Shown in pieces: positions 23,672 to 33,147 of a stretch of DNA of 64,000 nucleotides. The notes beneath the pieces are model-generated. The model had not been told where the DNA came from and did no database searches. It saw only the letters and a list, made by a program, of their open reading frames with translations. Position 1 is the stretch's first letter. Each line of letters opens with the position of its first letter. This stretch comes from Candidatus Hydrogenedentota bacterium (GTDB lineage Bacteria > Hydrogenedentota > Hydrogenedentia > Hydrogenedentales > SLHB01), in assembly GCA_963674865.2 (NCBI GenBank), contig CAXXYE010000008.1, positions 416,001-480,000 on the forward strand. Reading direction: 5' to 3'. The position numbers were made by a program, and so were the translations under genes.

Positions 23672-23688
23672 AGCAAGCGCTGTGCCGG
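23672..23688 (-). promoter_or_regulatory. sigma54 (-24/-12) promoter for amtB-glnK
   Basis: Minus strand CCGGCAC-AGCGC-TTGCT matches TGGCAC-N5-TTGCW with exact GG-N10-GC spacing. Confidence 0.7.
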
Positions 23689-23776
23689 ATCGCGTCTTTC
23701 CTGCGCGTGGCCTGGCTGCGAGCATGGCTGAGTCTCGTGTCAGGCACCGTCTCTTGCGATAGTGTCCGGCCCGGTT

Positions 23777-23805
23777 TTGCTCGCATTGCCGGATGGTGGT
23801 ATGCT
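23777..23805 (+). promoter_or_regulatory. sigma70 promoter for metB-metXW
   Basis: TTGCTC-17 nt-TATGCT with TGn extended -10. Confidence 0.55.
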
Positions 23806-23916
23806 GGTTCGACTTAGCACGAAGCTATCGCCAAGAAGGCTTGACAACGTAGTAGGCGCATCCGGATCTGCGCCGGATGGACGGCAAGAACCACACTTTT
23901 CCTTGAAGGGCATCAC

Positions 23917-25146
23917 ATGAAGGATTCCGATAAGACAGGACGGAAAGCGAAGCAGCTGGGCTTCTCCACACGTGCAATCCACGCGGGGGAAGAGCGGCTC
24001 CGCTACGCGGACTCGATCACGACACCCATCGTTCAGACCTCGACCTACGCTTTCAAAGACACCAAGGAGATTGAGGCCTACACCAAGGAAGGAAAGGCCC
24101 GGTTTGAGTACGGACGCTATGGGAATCCCACGGAAACCGTTGCTCAGAACCGCTTAGCCGCTCTCGAAGGGGCCGAGGACTGCGTCGTCTTCAGTTCAGG
24201 CATGAGCGGCATCACCACCACGATTCTCGCTCTCGTCCGCAGCGGCGATCACATTGTGATTACCGATGACGCCTACAAGAAAACTCTCGAGTTCTGCAGC
24301 TCCTATCTCCAGCGCTTCGGCGTGGACTGTACCATTGTGCCTTTCGGCGACTATGACGCCCTGGATAGCGCCGTCACGAGTCGGACTCGCTTCATTTTCT
24401 CCGAATCCCCGACGAATCCTTACCTCAACATCTTCGATCTTAACCGCTTGCGCGGCATCGCCCGAAAGCACAATGTACTCACTCTGATCGACAGTACCTT
24501 CGCCACGCCCTTGAATCAGCGGCCGCTCGAGTTCGGCGTCGACCTGGTGCTGCACAGCTGCACGAAGTACTTAGCGGGGCACAATGATATCCTCGCGGGG
24601 GCCGTCTTCGGCCGGCGCGAACTGGTTGAGGAAGTCCGCGGCCTCCATAAGGCCATCGGCGGCGTCATCGACGCCCATTGCTGCTATCTTCTGCTTCGCG
24701 GCCTTAAGACCTTCGGCGTGCGGATGGGCATCCAGAACGAAACGGCGATGCGGGTGGCTGCGTTTCTCGAAGAACACCCCTGCGTCAAGCGCGTTTACTA
24801 TCCGGGTTTACCTAGCCATCCGCACCATGAGATTGCCCGGGAGCAGATGAGCGGCTTCGGCGGCGTTGTCACCTTCGATATCAAGGGCAACCTTGCCTCT
24901 GCCAAGCGCTTTCTTGACCATCTGAAGCTCTGCTACATCGCCCCAAGCCTGGGCGGCGTGGAGACGTTGATCACGCATCCCGCGATCGTGAGTTATTATG
25001 ACCGCACGCGAAAAGAGCGATACGCTCTCGGCATCACCGACACCCTTATCCGGCTGGCCGTGGGCGTCGAAAATCCCGAAGATATCATCGCGGACCTTGA
25101 TCAGGCGCTTCGGCGAAGCCGTCCCTCAGGCAAAGGCAGGAAATAG
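23917..25146 (+). CDS. metB: cystathionine gamma-synthase family PLP enzyme
   Basis: TPIVQTSTY, YGRYGNPT, FSSGM, ESPTNP, DSTFATP, HSCTKYLAGHND, SLGGVETL; adjacent to metX. Confidence 0.8.
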   Translation: MKDSDKTGRKAKQLGFSTRAIHAGEERLRYADSITTPIVQTSTYAFKDTKEIEAYTKEGKARFEYGRYGNPTETVAQNRLAALEGAEDCVVFSSGMSGITTTILALVRSGDHIVITDDAYKKTLEFCSSYLQRFGVDCTIVPFGDYDALDSAVTSRTRFIFSESPTNPYLNIFDLNRLRGIARKHNVLTLIDSTFATPLNQRPLEFGVDLVLHSCTKYLAGHNDILAGAVFGRRELVEEVRGLHKAIGGVIDAHCCYLLLRGLKTFGVRMGIQNETAMRVAAFLEEHPCVKRVYYPGLPSHPHHEIAREQMSGFGGVVTFDIKGNLASAKRFLDHLKLCYIAPSLGGVETLITHPAIVSYYDRTRKERYALGITDTLIRLAVGVENPEDIIADLDQALRRSRPSGKGRK

Positions 25147-25176
25147 GCCGAACACGCCTCCCGAACGGACGACGCT

Positions 25177-27018
25177 ATGCCCAACGAAGATTCGATCGGT
25201 ATCGTTGAGACTAGGTACTTCACTTTCGCCGAGCCTCCCGGCGAGATGCCGCTGGATTGCGGCCGCCGCCTTGGCCCCATCACGCTGGTCTACGAGACGT
25301 ATGGGACGCTCAACGCGGACAAGTCGAACGCCGTTCTGATCGTGCACGCCCTCTCCGGCGATGCCCACGCCGCGGGATACCATGCCCCCGACGACCCCCA
25401 GCCCGGTTGGTGGGATAGCATGATCGGGCCGGGCAAGGGCTTCGACACCGACAAGTACTTCGTGATTTGCTCGAATGTCATCGGCGGGTGTCAGGGATCG
25501 ACGGGGCCCGCTTCCCTCGACCCGGCCACGGGCAAGCCTTACGGACTGTCGTTTCCCATCATCACCATTGCCGACATGGTACGTGCCCAGCGTCATCTCG
25601 TTGAGCACCTCGGCATTGACAAGCTTCTGTGCGTCGCGGGCGGCTCGATGGGGGGCATGCAGGCTCTCGAATGGGCCGCCGCTCACCCGGATAGGCTGCG
25701 GTCGGCCATTGTCATTGCTTCAACGGCCCAGAACAGCGCGCAGTCCATGGCGTTTGACGCCGTCGGCCGCCACGCCATCCAGGCGGATCCGGCCTTCGAG
25801 GCGGGTGATTACTACGGGCGCAACACGCCCGCGCGGGGGCTGTCCATCGCGCGCATGCTCGGCCACATCACCTACCTGTCCGATGAGTCGATGCGCGCCA
25901 AGTTCGGCCGGACGCTCCGCGATGCCAAAGAGTACAGTTACGACTTCGGAAGCGAGTTCTCCGTCGAGACGTACCTGGACTACAAAGGGAGCCGGTTTGT
26001 CGATCGCTTCGATGCTAACTCGTACCTGTACATTACGAAGGCGATCAATTACTTCGACCTGCCCACTCAGTACGGCACGCTGGACGAGGCCATGGCCCGC
26101 GTCCAAAGCAAGCTCCTTGTGCTGTCCTACTCGTCGGATTGGCTTTTCCCGCCTTACCAATCCGAGGATATCGTGTACGCCCTGACGCGCCAGCGCAAGG
26201 ATGTCACGTACTGCAACATCGAGTCCCAATACGGGCACGACGCCTTTCTCCTCGAAGTGGATGTCATGAAAGGGCTGATCTCCGGCTTCCTGGCTTATGC
26301 CATGCCGGGGCGGACGTGCTGTAGTCCCGGCGCGCCCTGCCCATGTTCCGCCACGTCCTCCTCTACGCAGAGCGCGGCGCGGCCCCAGGCGCCCAACAGC
26401 ATCTACGATGGGCGCCGCGTCGATCACGACACCATCGTCCAGCTTATCGACGACGGCGCGCGCGTTCTGGACATTGGCTGCGGCGACGGCGAACTCCTGT
26501 GCAAGTTAATTGCGGAGAAGAGCGTCCGCGGGATGGGGCTTGAACTCGATCAGGAGAACCTCGTCGCGTGCGTGGAGCGAGGCATCTCCGTGGTGCACGC
26601 GGATGTCGACAAGGGACTAAGCGCCTTACCGGATCAGAGCTTCGACTATGTGATCCTCAGCATGACGCTCCAAGTGATCCAGAGGCCCGAGTTCGCCATT
26701 TCCGAGATGCTGCGCGTCGGCCGGCGATGCGTCGTCAGTTTCCCCAATTTCGGCCACTGGAAAGTCCGGTGCAAGCTCCTGGCCCTTGGGCGGGCTCCCG
26801 TGACGCGCAGCTTGCCCTTTGCCTGGCACACCAGTCCCAACCGGCACGTCCTGTCGATCAAGGACTTTCGGCGATTCTGCGGCGAACACCGCATCCGTAT
26901 CGAGAAGGAGATTCCCCTGTCGAGCCGCGGGGCGACGCATCTCGCTCCCAACCTTCTCGCCGACGAGGCCGTCTTCGTCATCGCGGCCGGTGGGCAAGTA
27001 TCGCCGTCCAAGGCGTAG
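25177..27018 (+). CDS. metX: homoserine O-acyltransferase MetX fused to a MetW-like SAM-binding domain
   Basis: HALSGDAH, GWWD, NVIGGCQGSTGP, GGSMGG, RFDANSY, GHDAFL; C-terminal VLDIGCGDG, FDYVILSMTLQ, VSFPNFGHW, PNRH (MetW). Confidence 0.92.
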   Translation: MPNEDSIGIVETRYFTFAEPPGEMPLDCGRRLGPITLVYETYGTLNADKSNAVLIVHALSGDAHAAGYHAPDDPQPGWWDSMIGPGKGFDTDKYFVICSNVIGGCQGSTGPASLDPATGKPYGLSFPIITIADMVRAQRHLVEHLGIDKLLCVAGGSMGGMQALEWAAAHPDRLRSAIVIASTAQNSAQSMAFDAVGRHAIQADPAFEAGDYYGRNTPARGLSIARMLGHITYLSDESMRAKFGRTLRDAKEYSYDFGSEFSVETYLDYKGSRFVDRFDANSYLYITKAINYFDLPTQYGTLDEAMARVQSKLLVLSYSSDWLFPPYQSEDIVYALTRQRKDVTYCNIESQYGHDAFLLEVDVMKGLISGFLAYAMPGRTCCSPGAPCPCSATSSSTQSAARPQAPNSIYDGRRVDHDTIVQLIDDGARVLDIGCGDGELLCKLIAEKSVRGMGLELDQENLVACVERGISVVHADVDKGLSALPDQSFDYVILSMTLQVIQRPEFAISEMLRVGRRCVVSFPNFGHWKVRCKLLALGRAPVTRSLPFAWHTSPNRHVLSIKDFRRFCGEHRIRIEKEIPLSSRGATHLAPNLLADEAVFVIAAGGQVSPSKA

Positions 27019-27041
27019 GGGGCCCTTCGCCCCTTGTCGGG

Positions 27042-27923
27042 CTACTGCGCGGCGGCGGGTGCTTCGGCGAGCAAACGACGCAGAAAGGCCTCGAGCGCAT
27101 CCGTGTATCGGCCGCCTGACAATACAAATCCCTCATTGTGCGACCCGCCGATCTCGAGGAATTGCTTGGGCTCATTGGCCAGTTTGAAGAGTTCCCGGCC
27201 ATGGCGGTACGGGGCTATCTCGTCGTCCGGGCTGTGGACGATGAGCACGGGGCACGTTATTCTCGGCATGCACGATGCCACGTCGAACCGGTGGCGGACG
27301 AGCCAACGCACGGGGAAGTATGGATACATCTCTTGGCCGAGTTCCCCCGCCGACAGGAAGGTGCTCTCGACAATCGCCGCGCCGGGCTTGACGCGCGCCG
27401 CAAGCGCCGCCGTTACCGCGCCTCCCAGGGAGCGCCCAAAGACGGCGATGCGCTCCTCAGGAACGCCGCGCTCTTCGACGAGGTAGCGCCACATGGCGTA
27501 GGCGTCCGCGTGGCAGCGCTTCTCGGAAGTCCTGCCAGTGCTCTGCCCGTAGCCTCCGTAGTCATAGACAAGCACATCCAAGCCCATTGCCCGGAATAAG
27601 CCGATGGATTCCAGGCGATCCGCCAGATTGCCGGCATTTCCGTGCGAGAACAGCACGGTTCCCCAAGCATCGGGCGCGGGAATGAACCAGCCGTAGGTGG
27701 ATTTCCCCCGCACGGGCAGCACCACTTCTTCATAGGCCCAGCCCATTTCGTCGGGCGTACGGTATACCTGCCGCGACGCGGGGAAGATGATCTTTCTTTG
27801 CGCCACGAAGAGCGTTCCCGCCAGTCCTACGTAGATCAACACAGCCAGCCAAAACAGGTGCAGCAGCATCCTGACTCCCTTCATTAGCCCGTACTTTTCC
27901 GTCACTTCGGTTCGCTTGCTCAT
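27042..27923 (-). CDS. membrane-anchored alpha/beta hydrolase (ABHD13/BEM46-like)
   Basis: TM segment, QRKIIFP, HGNAGN, YDYGGYG.S.G, GRSLGG, HSPDDEI, GSHN; ATG 27923 has a GGAGG SD. Confidence 0.88.
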   Translation of the reverse strand: MSKRTEVTEKYGLMKGVRMLLHLFWLAVLIYVGLAGTLFVAQRKIIFPASRQVYRTPDEMGWAYEEVVLPVRGKSTYGWFIPAPDAWGTVLFSHGNAGNLADRLESIGLFRAMGLDVLVYDYGGYGQSTGRTSEKRCHADAYAMWRYLVEERGVPEERIAVFGRSLGGAVTAALAARVKPGAAIVESTFLSAGELGQEMYPYFPVRWLVRHRFDVASCMPRITCPVLIVHSPDDEIAPYRHGRELFKLANEPKQFLEIGGSHNEGFVLSGGRYTDALEAFLRRLLAEAPAAAQ

Positions 27924-28016
27924 TCGTCCCTCCCGGGCCGTCGAATGTGTTGCCGAACTTACAGAACGGAGCACCTAGTCTGGCAGATCGAAACGGCAAA
28001 ACAAAGTCTTGGAGCA

Positions 28017-28045
28017 TTGAGGATTTGGCCAACTTGCACTATTAT
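28017..28045 (+). promoter_or_regulatory. sigma70 promoter candidate for the oxidoreductase-UroD-like pair
   Basis: TTGAGG-17 nt-TATTAT about 50 nt upstream of ATG 28096. Confidence 0.5.
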
Positions 28046-28095
28046 GAGTTTCGGTACTGGGTGGCGACAGGGGCGACTGACGGGAGGCTGGCGAC

Positions 28096-29337
28096 ATGGC
28101 GCGATTCAAACTGGGATTCATCGGGGCGGGCTTCATCGCGAAGTTTCAGGCCGTGGCCCTCAAACACGTTCGCGGGGCGGACTTGGTGGGCGTCCATGCC
28201 CTCGCCGGCGCGGAAGCGCTTGCCTCCTTCGCCGAAGAGAGCGGCGTGGGCGATTGCCGAACCTACGCGAGCGTCGCCGATTTGTGCAATCAATGCGATG
28301 CCGTGGCCGTGTTCGTGCCGAATTTCGCCCGACTCGATGTTGTCGGGCAGATTGTCGAGGCAGTGAAGGCCGGCGCGCCGCTCAAGGGCATCATCTGCGA
28401 GAAGCCGCTGGGGCGCAGCGTGTCCGAGGCGCGCGAACTCACGGCTTTGGCCAAGGATGCCGGGCTGCCCACGGCCTACTTCGAGAATCAGATTCACATG
28501 AAGGCCATCAAGGCCCAACTCAGCCAACTCGCCCCGCAGCAGCGGGCCATGGGCCCCATCGCCCTTGCCCGAAGCGCCGAAGAGCACGCAGGGCCGCACG
28601 AGCCCTGGTTCTGGGATCCTACGCGGCAGGGGGGCGGCGTCCTGTCCGATATGGGTTGCCACAGCATCGCCGTCGCCTGGTACGTGCTGACGCCCATCGG
28701 GAAGCCGCCTGATTTCCTTCAGCCCGTCTCGGTAACCGCGGAGGTGGGCCTGCTGAAGTGGGGGCGGCCCGAGTGGCGCAAGCAGCTCCTGGACAGCACG
28801 GGCGTCGACTACGCCAAGACGCCCGCGGAGGATTTCGCGACGGGCATGGTGACCTTCCGCAATCCCGAAACCGGCCAACTCGTGAAGGGGCAGTTCACTA
28901 ACTCGTGGATGTACGATAAGCAGGGCCTACGCCTCCTCATGGATGGCATGGGGCCCGGCTACGCCTTCGAGATCAACTCGCTGTTGTCTCCCTTGAGCCT
29001 CTTCATCGGCGATGCCGCGGCGGAGGCCGTAGCCGACGCGGAAACGGCTCTCGAAAAGGCGACGGCCACCCGCGGCCTGCTCACCGTCCAGCCGAACGAG
29101 GCCGATCTGTATGGATATGTGGACGAACTCGAGGACGCCTGCACGGCCTTCCGGGAAGAGCGCGACGCCCTGCTCAATTGGGAGTATGGCCTCGCGATCA
29201 CCAAGCTTGTCCAAGCGGCCTACATGTCCGCCGAGCGCAAGCAGACGATTGATTTGACGGATTCGAGCATTCAGAAGGACCTGGAGTCCTATGAATCGCT
29301 CATCGCGCAGGGGAAGGGCGGCGAGGTGCTTCTGTAG
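28096..29337 (+). CDS. Gfo/Idh/MocA family NAD(P)-dependent oxidoreductase
   Basis: LGFIGAGFIA, ICEKPLG, EEHAGPH.PWFWD...GGGVLSDMGCH. Confidence 0.9.
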   Translation: MARFKLGFIGAGFIAKFQAVALKHVRGADLVGVHALAGAEALASFAEESGVGDCRTYASVADLCNQCDAVAVFVPNFARLDVVGQIVEAVKAGAPLKGIICEKPLGRSVSEARELTALAKDAGLPTAYFENQIHMKAIKAQLSQLAPQQRAMGPIALARSAEEHAGPHEPWFWDPTRQGGGVLSDMGCHSIAVAWYVLTPIGKPPDFLQPVSVTAEVGLLKWGRPEWRKQLLDSTGVDYAKTPAEDFATGMVTFRNPETGQLVKGQFTNSWMYDKQGLRLLMDGMGPGYAFEINSLLSPLSLFIGDAAAEAVADAETALEKATATRGLLTVQPNEADLYGYVDELEDACTAFREERDALLNWEYGLAITKLVQAAYMSAERKQTIDLTDSSIQKDLESYESLIAQGKGGEVLL

Positions 29338-29374
29338 CTGCCGCGGACTCTGGCCGCAGGGGAGGAGCGAAGCG

Positions 29375-30496
29375 ATGACGTCGAAAGAACGCATGATGCG
29401 GGCGCTGGATCGGGAGAAGCCCGACCGCCTGCCTGCAACGATTCACCAGTGGCAACAGTATCATCTCGACACCTACATGGGCGGCGTCGACCCGCTGACG
29501 GCGTTCCGGCAGACGGGCATGGACGCCGCGATGCAGTACTTCGAGGCCATGGGGCAGTTTTGGATTCCCAACGCTGAGCAGTACATCGTCAGCACGCCGG
29601 AGTGGCGCGAGACTATCGAGGTGGTCGATCCGACGCCGACAAACAAGCTCCTGAACCACACTATCGAGACGCCCGAAGGCACGCTTACCTACAAGACCGG
29701 GGGCAACCTTACCACCACGTGGATCACCGAGTACCTGGTTAAGCGCCATGAGGACCTCGACCTCATCGAGAAGTACATGCCGGTGGCGAAGCTCGACAAG
29801 AAGAACGTCGCCGCGGCCTACGACGAGGTCGGCGACGCGGGCATCCTACGAGGATTCGTCTGGGGCGATCAGGCCGGATGCTGGCAGCACGCCGCGTGCC
29901 TCATCGATATCCAGGAGCTCATCATCGAGACGCTCGAGAATCCCGATTGGGTACATCGCTTCATGAAGATTCTGCTCGAGAAGAAGCTGCGATTCATTGA
30001 GGAATCCTTGAAAGGCGCCAAGTTCGACGTGATCGAGACGGGCGGCGGGTCTTCGAGCGACACCGTCATCTCGCCCGACATCCACCGCGAGTTCTGCTTG
30101 CCCTACGATCGCGAAATGCACCAGGCCGTGCACGATTGCGGCCTGTTGGTGACGTACCACACCTGCGGCGGGATGATGCGGATTCTCAGCTTGATCGCCC
30201 AGAACGAGGCGGACGCCTCTGAAACGCTATCGCCCCCGGGAACGGGCGGCAACATCACGACGCCGGCCGCCGTGCGGGAGGCGTATGCCGGCAAAGTGGC
30301 CATGATCGGCGGGATGGATCAGTTCAATGTCCTCACCACCGGCTCACCGGAGCAGGCCCGCGCTGAGGTCCGTCGGCTTTTCGAGGGATTTGGCGTCGAC
30401 GGCGGGTACATCATGTCCGCTTCGGATCACTTCTTCGACGCACCTGTCGAGAACCTGAAGGCCTACGCCGAAGCCGCTAGGGATTGCGTCTACTGA
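29375..30496 (+). CDS. uroporphyrinogen decarboxylase (UroD/MtaA-CmuA) family protein
   Basis: MTSKERMMRAL..EKPDRLP, ISPDIHREFCLPY, YHTCGG, GGMDQ, GGYIMS; GGAGG SD. Confidence 0.85.
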   Translation: MTSKERMMRALDREKPDRLPATIHQWQQYHLDTYMGGVDPLTAFRQTGMDAAMQYFEAMGQFWIPNAEQYIVSTPEWRETIEVVDPTPTNKLLNHTIETPEGTLTYKTGGNLTTTWITEYLVKRHEDLDLIEKYMPVAKLDKKNVAAAYDEVGDAGILRGFVWGDQAGCWQHAACLIDIQELIIETLENPDWVHRFMKILLEKKLRFIEESLKGAKFDVIETGGGSSSDTVISPDIHREFCLPYDREMHQAVHDCGLLVTYHTCGGMMRILSLIAQNEADASETLSPPGTGGNITTPAAVREAYAGKVAMIGGMDQFNVLTTGSPEQARAEVRRLFEGFGVDGGYIMSASDHFFDAPVENLKAYAEAARDCVY

Positions 30497-33099
30497 CGGC
30501 CTGCCGAGAAGGCCATGACGCGCCCACCTCGTACCGGCAGGACGACGTCATTCAGGCCGTCGCCATCGAGGTCCGTGAGCAGGGGAGCGGCATCCACGCG
30601 AGCGCCGACATCGACCTTAATCCACTCATCCCCGTTAGCGTCCAGGCCGTGTAGGCGCCAATCCGCCGCGCCGAACAGGATCTCCTCTACGCCATCGCCG
30701 TTGATATCACCCACGGCGGGAATGGAGCGGATCTGTGCGCCGACCTCCGCACGCCAGACGATATTCCCGCCGCGATCCAACGCCAAGACCTCGTGATTGC
30801 GCGTTGACGCGATGATCAGCGGCACGGCCTCCCCGGCGGTATCTCGGCCCATCACGGGCCGGGGGACGAATCCACTCCCGAGGTCCATTGTCCCGTCCAC
30901 GTCGGTTGTCCACAGCGGAAGGCCCTTGTTCGAGAAGCAAGCCGCCTTCTCGTCATGCGTGCCGGCTAATACCAGCGGGGGCTCGTCGAGCTGCATTCGG
31001 ATCGCCACGGGCGCGGCGATGATATTCGATCCCGCGTCGGCCGTCCAGAGGACTTCGCCGTCAGCGGAGAGGCAGCGCAGCGTGCCCTCGAAATCGCCGA
31101 CGAGTATTTCTTCACGTCCATCGCCGAGGATGTCGCCCACAAAGACCGGCCGGTCGCATCGGTGCTCCGACACCTTCTTGCACCACAGTGTATCGCCCGC
31201 GCCGGACAGCGCCGTCACCTGGCCGTGGTAGTCGGCGTAGAGAATCTCGTCCAAGCCGTCGTCATCGAGGTCGGCGAGTTGCGGGCGCGTCCAATGCCAG
31301 CTTGGGCCGTCCTCGAAGGGCTCGCCTTCGAGTTTCGCCCGCCACAGCAGCACGCCGTCGGCTGACAAGGCGATGATCTTGTGCAACCGAGGCATGGCGG
31401 CCACAATCTCCGGCCGGTCATCGCCCTGAATATCGCCCACGGCGACGCTATGGTATATCTCCGATCCAGCCTCGTATTTCCATCGCAAGTCGCCGCTTGG
31501 CGACAGGCAGATCAGCTCCGGCGCGTTATACGCCGCCACGAGGAGCGATTGGCTCCCATCGGTGTCCGTCAGCAGGGACGGCGTGAGGTAGCATGTTTCA
31601 GGATCGCTTTGGTAGAGCCACTGGCGCCGGGGCGTGACGTCCACCTCGAATGCACTCGTCTCGGCCTGAGAGCACTCCAAGACACAAGTCCCGCGCGATA
31701 CCTCAGCGCCCTTGCGGGCCGTGAGGGTGAATGACGCCTCCTCGCCCGGCGTCAGCGTCAACTTGCGCGGCCGGGCTCGTACACCGTGCGCCGGATGGAT
31801 AGCCACGGTGCATTCCGGCGCGGCCTCCCCGGCGGGCTGCCAGCGGAGCGTGACCTCTTTGGATTCGCCCGGCGCGAGTTCTATGCGCGAGGGGGATACT
31901 TGGAGCGCCGTCTGGCCGAGCAAGTCCGCGGGGGCCTTGTCAAAGAAGAAGTACATCGGCTCGCCGGACAGCTCGACTCGCGCGTTGCCGGGAACCGGAA
32001 TGGACTCGCCGAGAATATCCCTGGCCTCGCGGGCTTTATCGATGTCTTTGATATCCGCGGCCACCTGCGGGCCGCAGACGCTCCACGCCACCAGCACGTC
32101 CTCCTCGGGGCACCGAAACAGATAGGCGTACACGCCGAATCGATCATGGGGGATGACCTCGCGGAGTTCGTCGTAGTCGGCTACTGCGTCAAGGAAATGT
32201 TGGTAGGCGTAGAACACGCGGCGTTTCTCATGTTTTGGATACGTCATCAGGCCGCTGCCTTCCGACGCCTGCGAGAACCAGAACACCTTGTCCACGCCCG
32301 TAGCCTGGATGATCGTCATGTACCGAACCAGGAATGCCGCCAGCCGCCGCCCCGGGCGCTCGGCGTGGAAGTCCTCGGAGTCCTTGAAGGGGAAATGATG
32401 GGAGCCCCAACCCATCTCCGTGAACCAGATGGGCTTCTGCTCGCCGTAGCGCGACACCAGTTTCCGCAGCGCGGCCATTTCTTCGAACTGGCCGACCTCC
32501 GGCGCAATCCGGTAAGGCTGGTAGGCCAGAATGTCGCAGTATTGGAGGCCGCCGTAGCGGAAGACTTTCTCCGTGAAATCGAGGTCGATTCCCGAGCAGT
32601 TGACGCCGATGATCTGCGCCGTCGGATCGACGGCCTTCGCGGCCAGGTAGGATCGGCGCAGGAGTTCGGCGTAATCGCGGGGATTCTTGTCCGGCTTCCA
32701 GAAGCCATAGTTCGGCTCATTCCACACCTGGTAGTGCGTCAGCCTGCCTTTGAACTCCGCCACCGTCCGCTGGACGTAGCGCACCCAGTAGTCGAGCGTT
32801 TCGTCATCGGCGGGCGAGACATCCGGATCCCACGCGGGATTGTAGTCGAGAATGGGCAGGAGCTTGACGCCGAGCGTGTTGGACTTGTCCACGCGCGCGG
32901 GATATTCGCCGAAATCGAACACACCCTTCTCGCGCTCGATCCCGGACCACGTGAAATCGTGCCTATTCCACGTCACGCCCAGCTCGACGATGAATTCCGG
33001 TTCGCCGTGGACGAGTCCGAAGCGCCCATGCGGATCCGGCGTATCGCCACCCGCCCCAGCCAGAACCAAGGGAAAACAGGCCAGCACAATCCAAGTCAT
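30490..33099 (-). CDS. secreted clan GH-A glycoside hydrolase (GH39/GH5-like) with C-terminal FG-GAP/PQQ-like propeller
   Basis: Signal peptide; YQVWNEPN (acid/base) and IWFTEMGW (nucleophile); repeats GDIQGDDRPEIV, ADLDDDGLDEIL, GDILGDGREEIL, GDINGDGVEEIL, TDLDGDGLNDVV. Confidence 0.82.
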   Translation of the reverse strand: MTWIVLACFPLVLAGAGGDTPDPHGRFGLVHGEPEFIVELGVTWNRHDFTWSGIEREKGVFDFGEYPARVDKSNTLGVKLLPILDYNPAWDPDVSPADDETLDYWVRYVQRTVAEFKGRLTHYQVWNEPNYGFWKPDKNPRDYAELLRRSYLAAKAVDPTAQIIGVNCSGIDLDFTEKVFRYGGLQYCDILAYQPYRIAPEVGQFEEMAALRKLVSRYGEQKPIWFTEMGWGSHHFPFKDSEDFHAERPGRRLAAFLVRYMTIIQATGVDKVFWFSQASEGSGLMTYPKHEKRRVFYAYQHFLDAVADYDELREVIPHDRFGVYAYLFRCPEEDVLVAWSVCGPQVAADIKDIDKAREARDILGESIPVPGNARVELSGEPMYFFFDKAPADLLGQTALQVSPSRIELAPGESKEVTLRWQPAGEAAPECTVAIHPAHGVRARPRKLTLTPGEEASFTLTARKGAEVSRGTCVLECSQAETSAFEVDVTPRRQWLYQSDPETCYLTPSLLTDTDGSQSLLVAAYNAPELICLSPSGDLRWKYEAGSEIYHSVAVGDIQGDDRPEIVAAMPRLHKIIALSADGVLLWRAKLEGEPFEDGPSWHWTRPQLADLDDDGLDEILYADYHGQVTALSGAGDTLWCKKVSEHRCDRPVFVGDILGDGREEILVGDFEGTLRCLSADGEVLWTADAGSNIIAAPVAIRMQLDEPPLVLAGTHDEKAACFSNKGLPLWTTDVDGTMDLGSGFVPRPVMGRDTAGEAVPLIIASTRNHEVLALDRGGNIVWRAEVGAQIRSIPAVGDINGDGVEEILFGAADWRLHGLDANGDEWIKVDVGARVDAAPLLTDLDGDGLNDVVLPVRGGRVMAFSAGRQ

Positions 33100-33147
33100 A
33101 GCACACCCCCGTCGGTTTTCACCCGGTTTGCCTTATGCCTTGTTTGA

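Noticed and set aside
23742..23780. Plus-strand GGCAC..TTGC and GGC..TTGC as sigma54 promoters for metB
   Set aside because: GG-GC spacing is 11 and 9 nt rather than the required 10.
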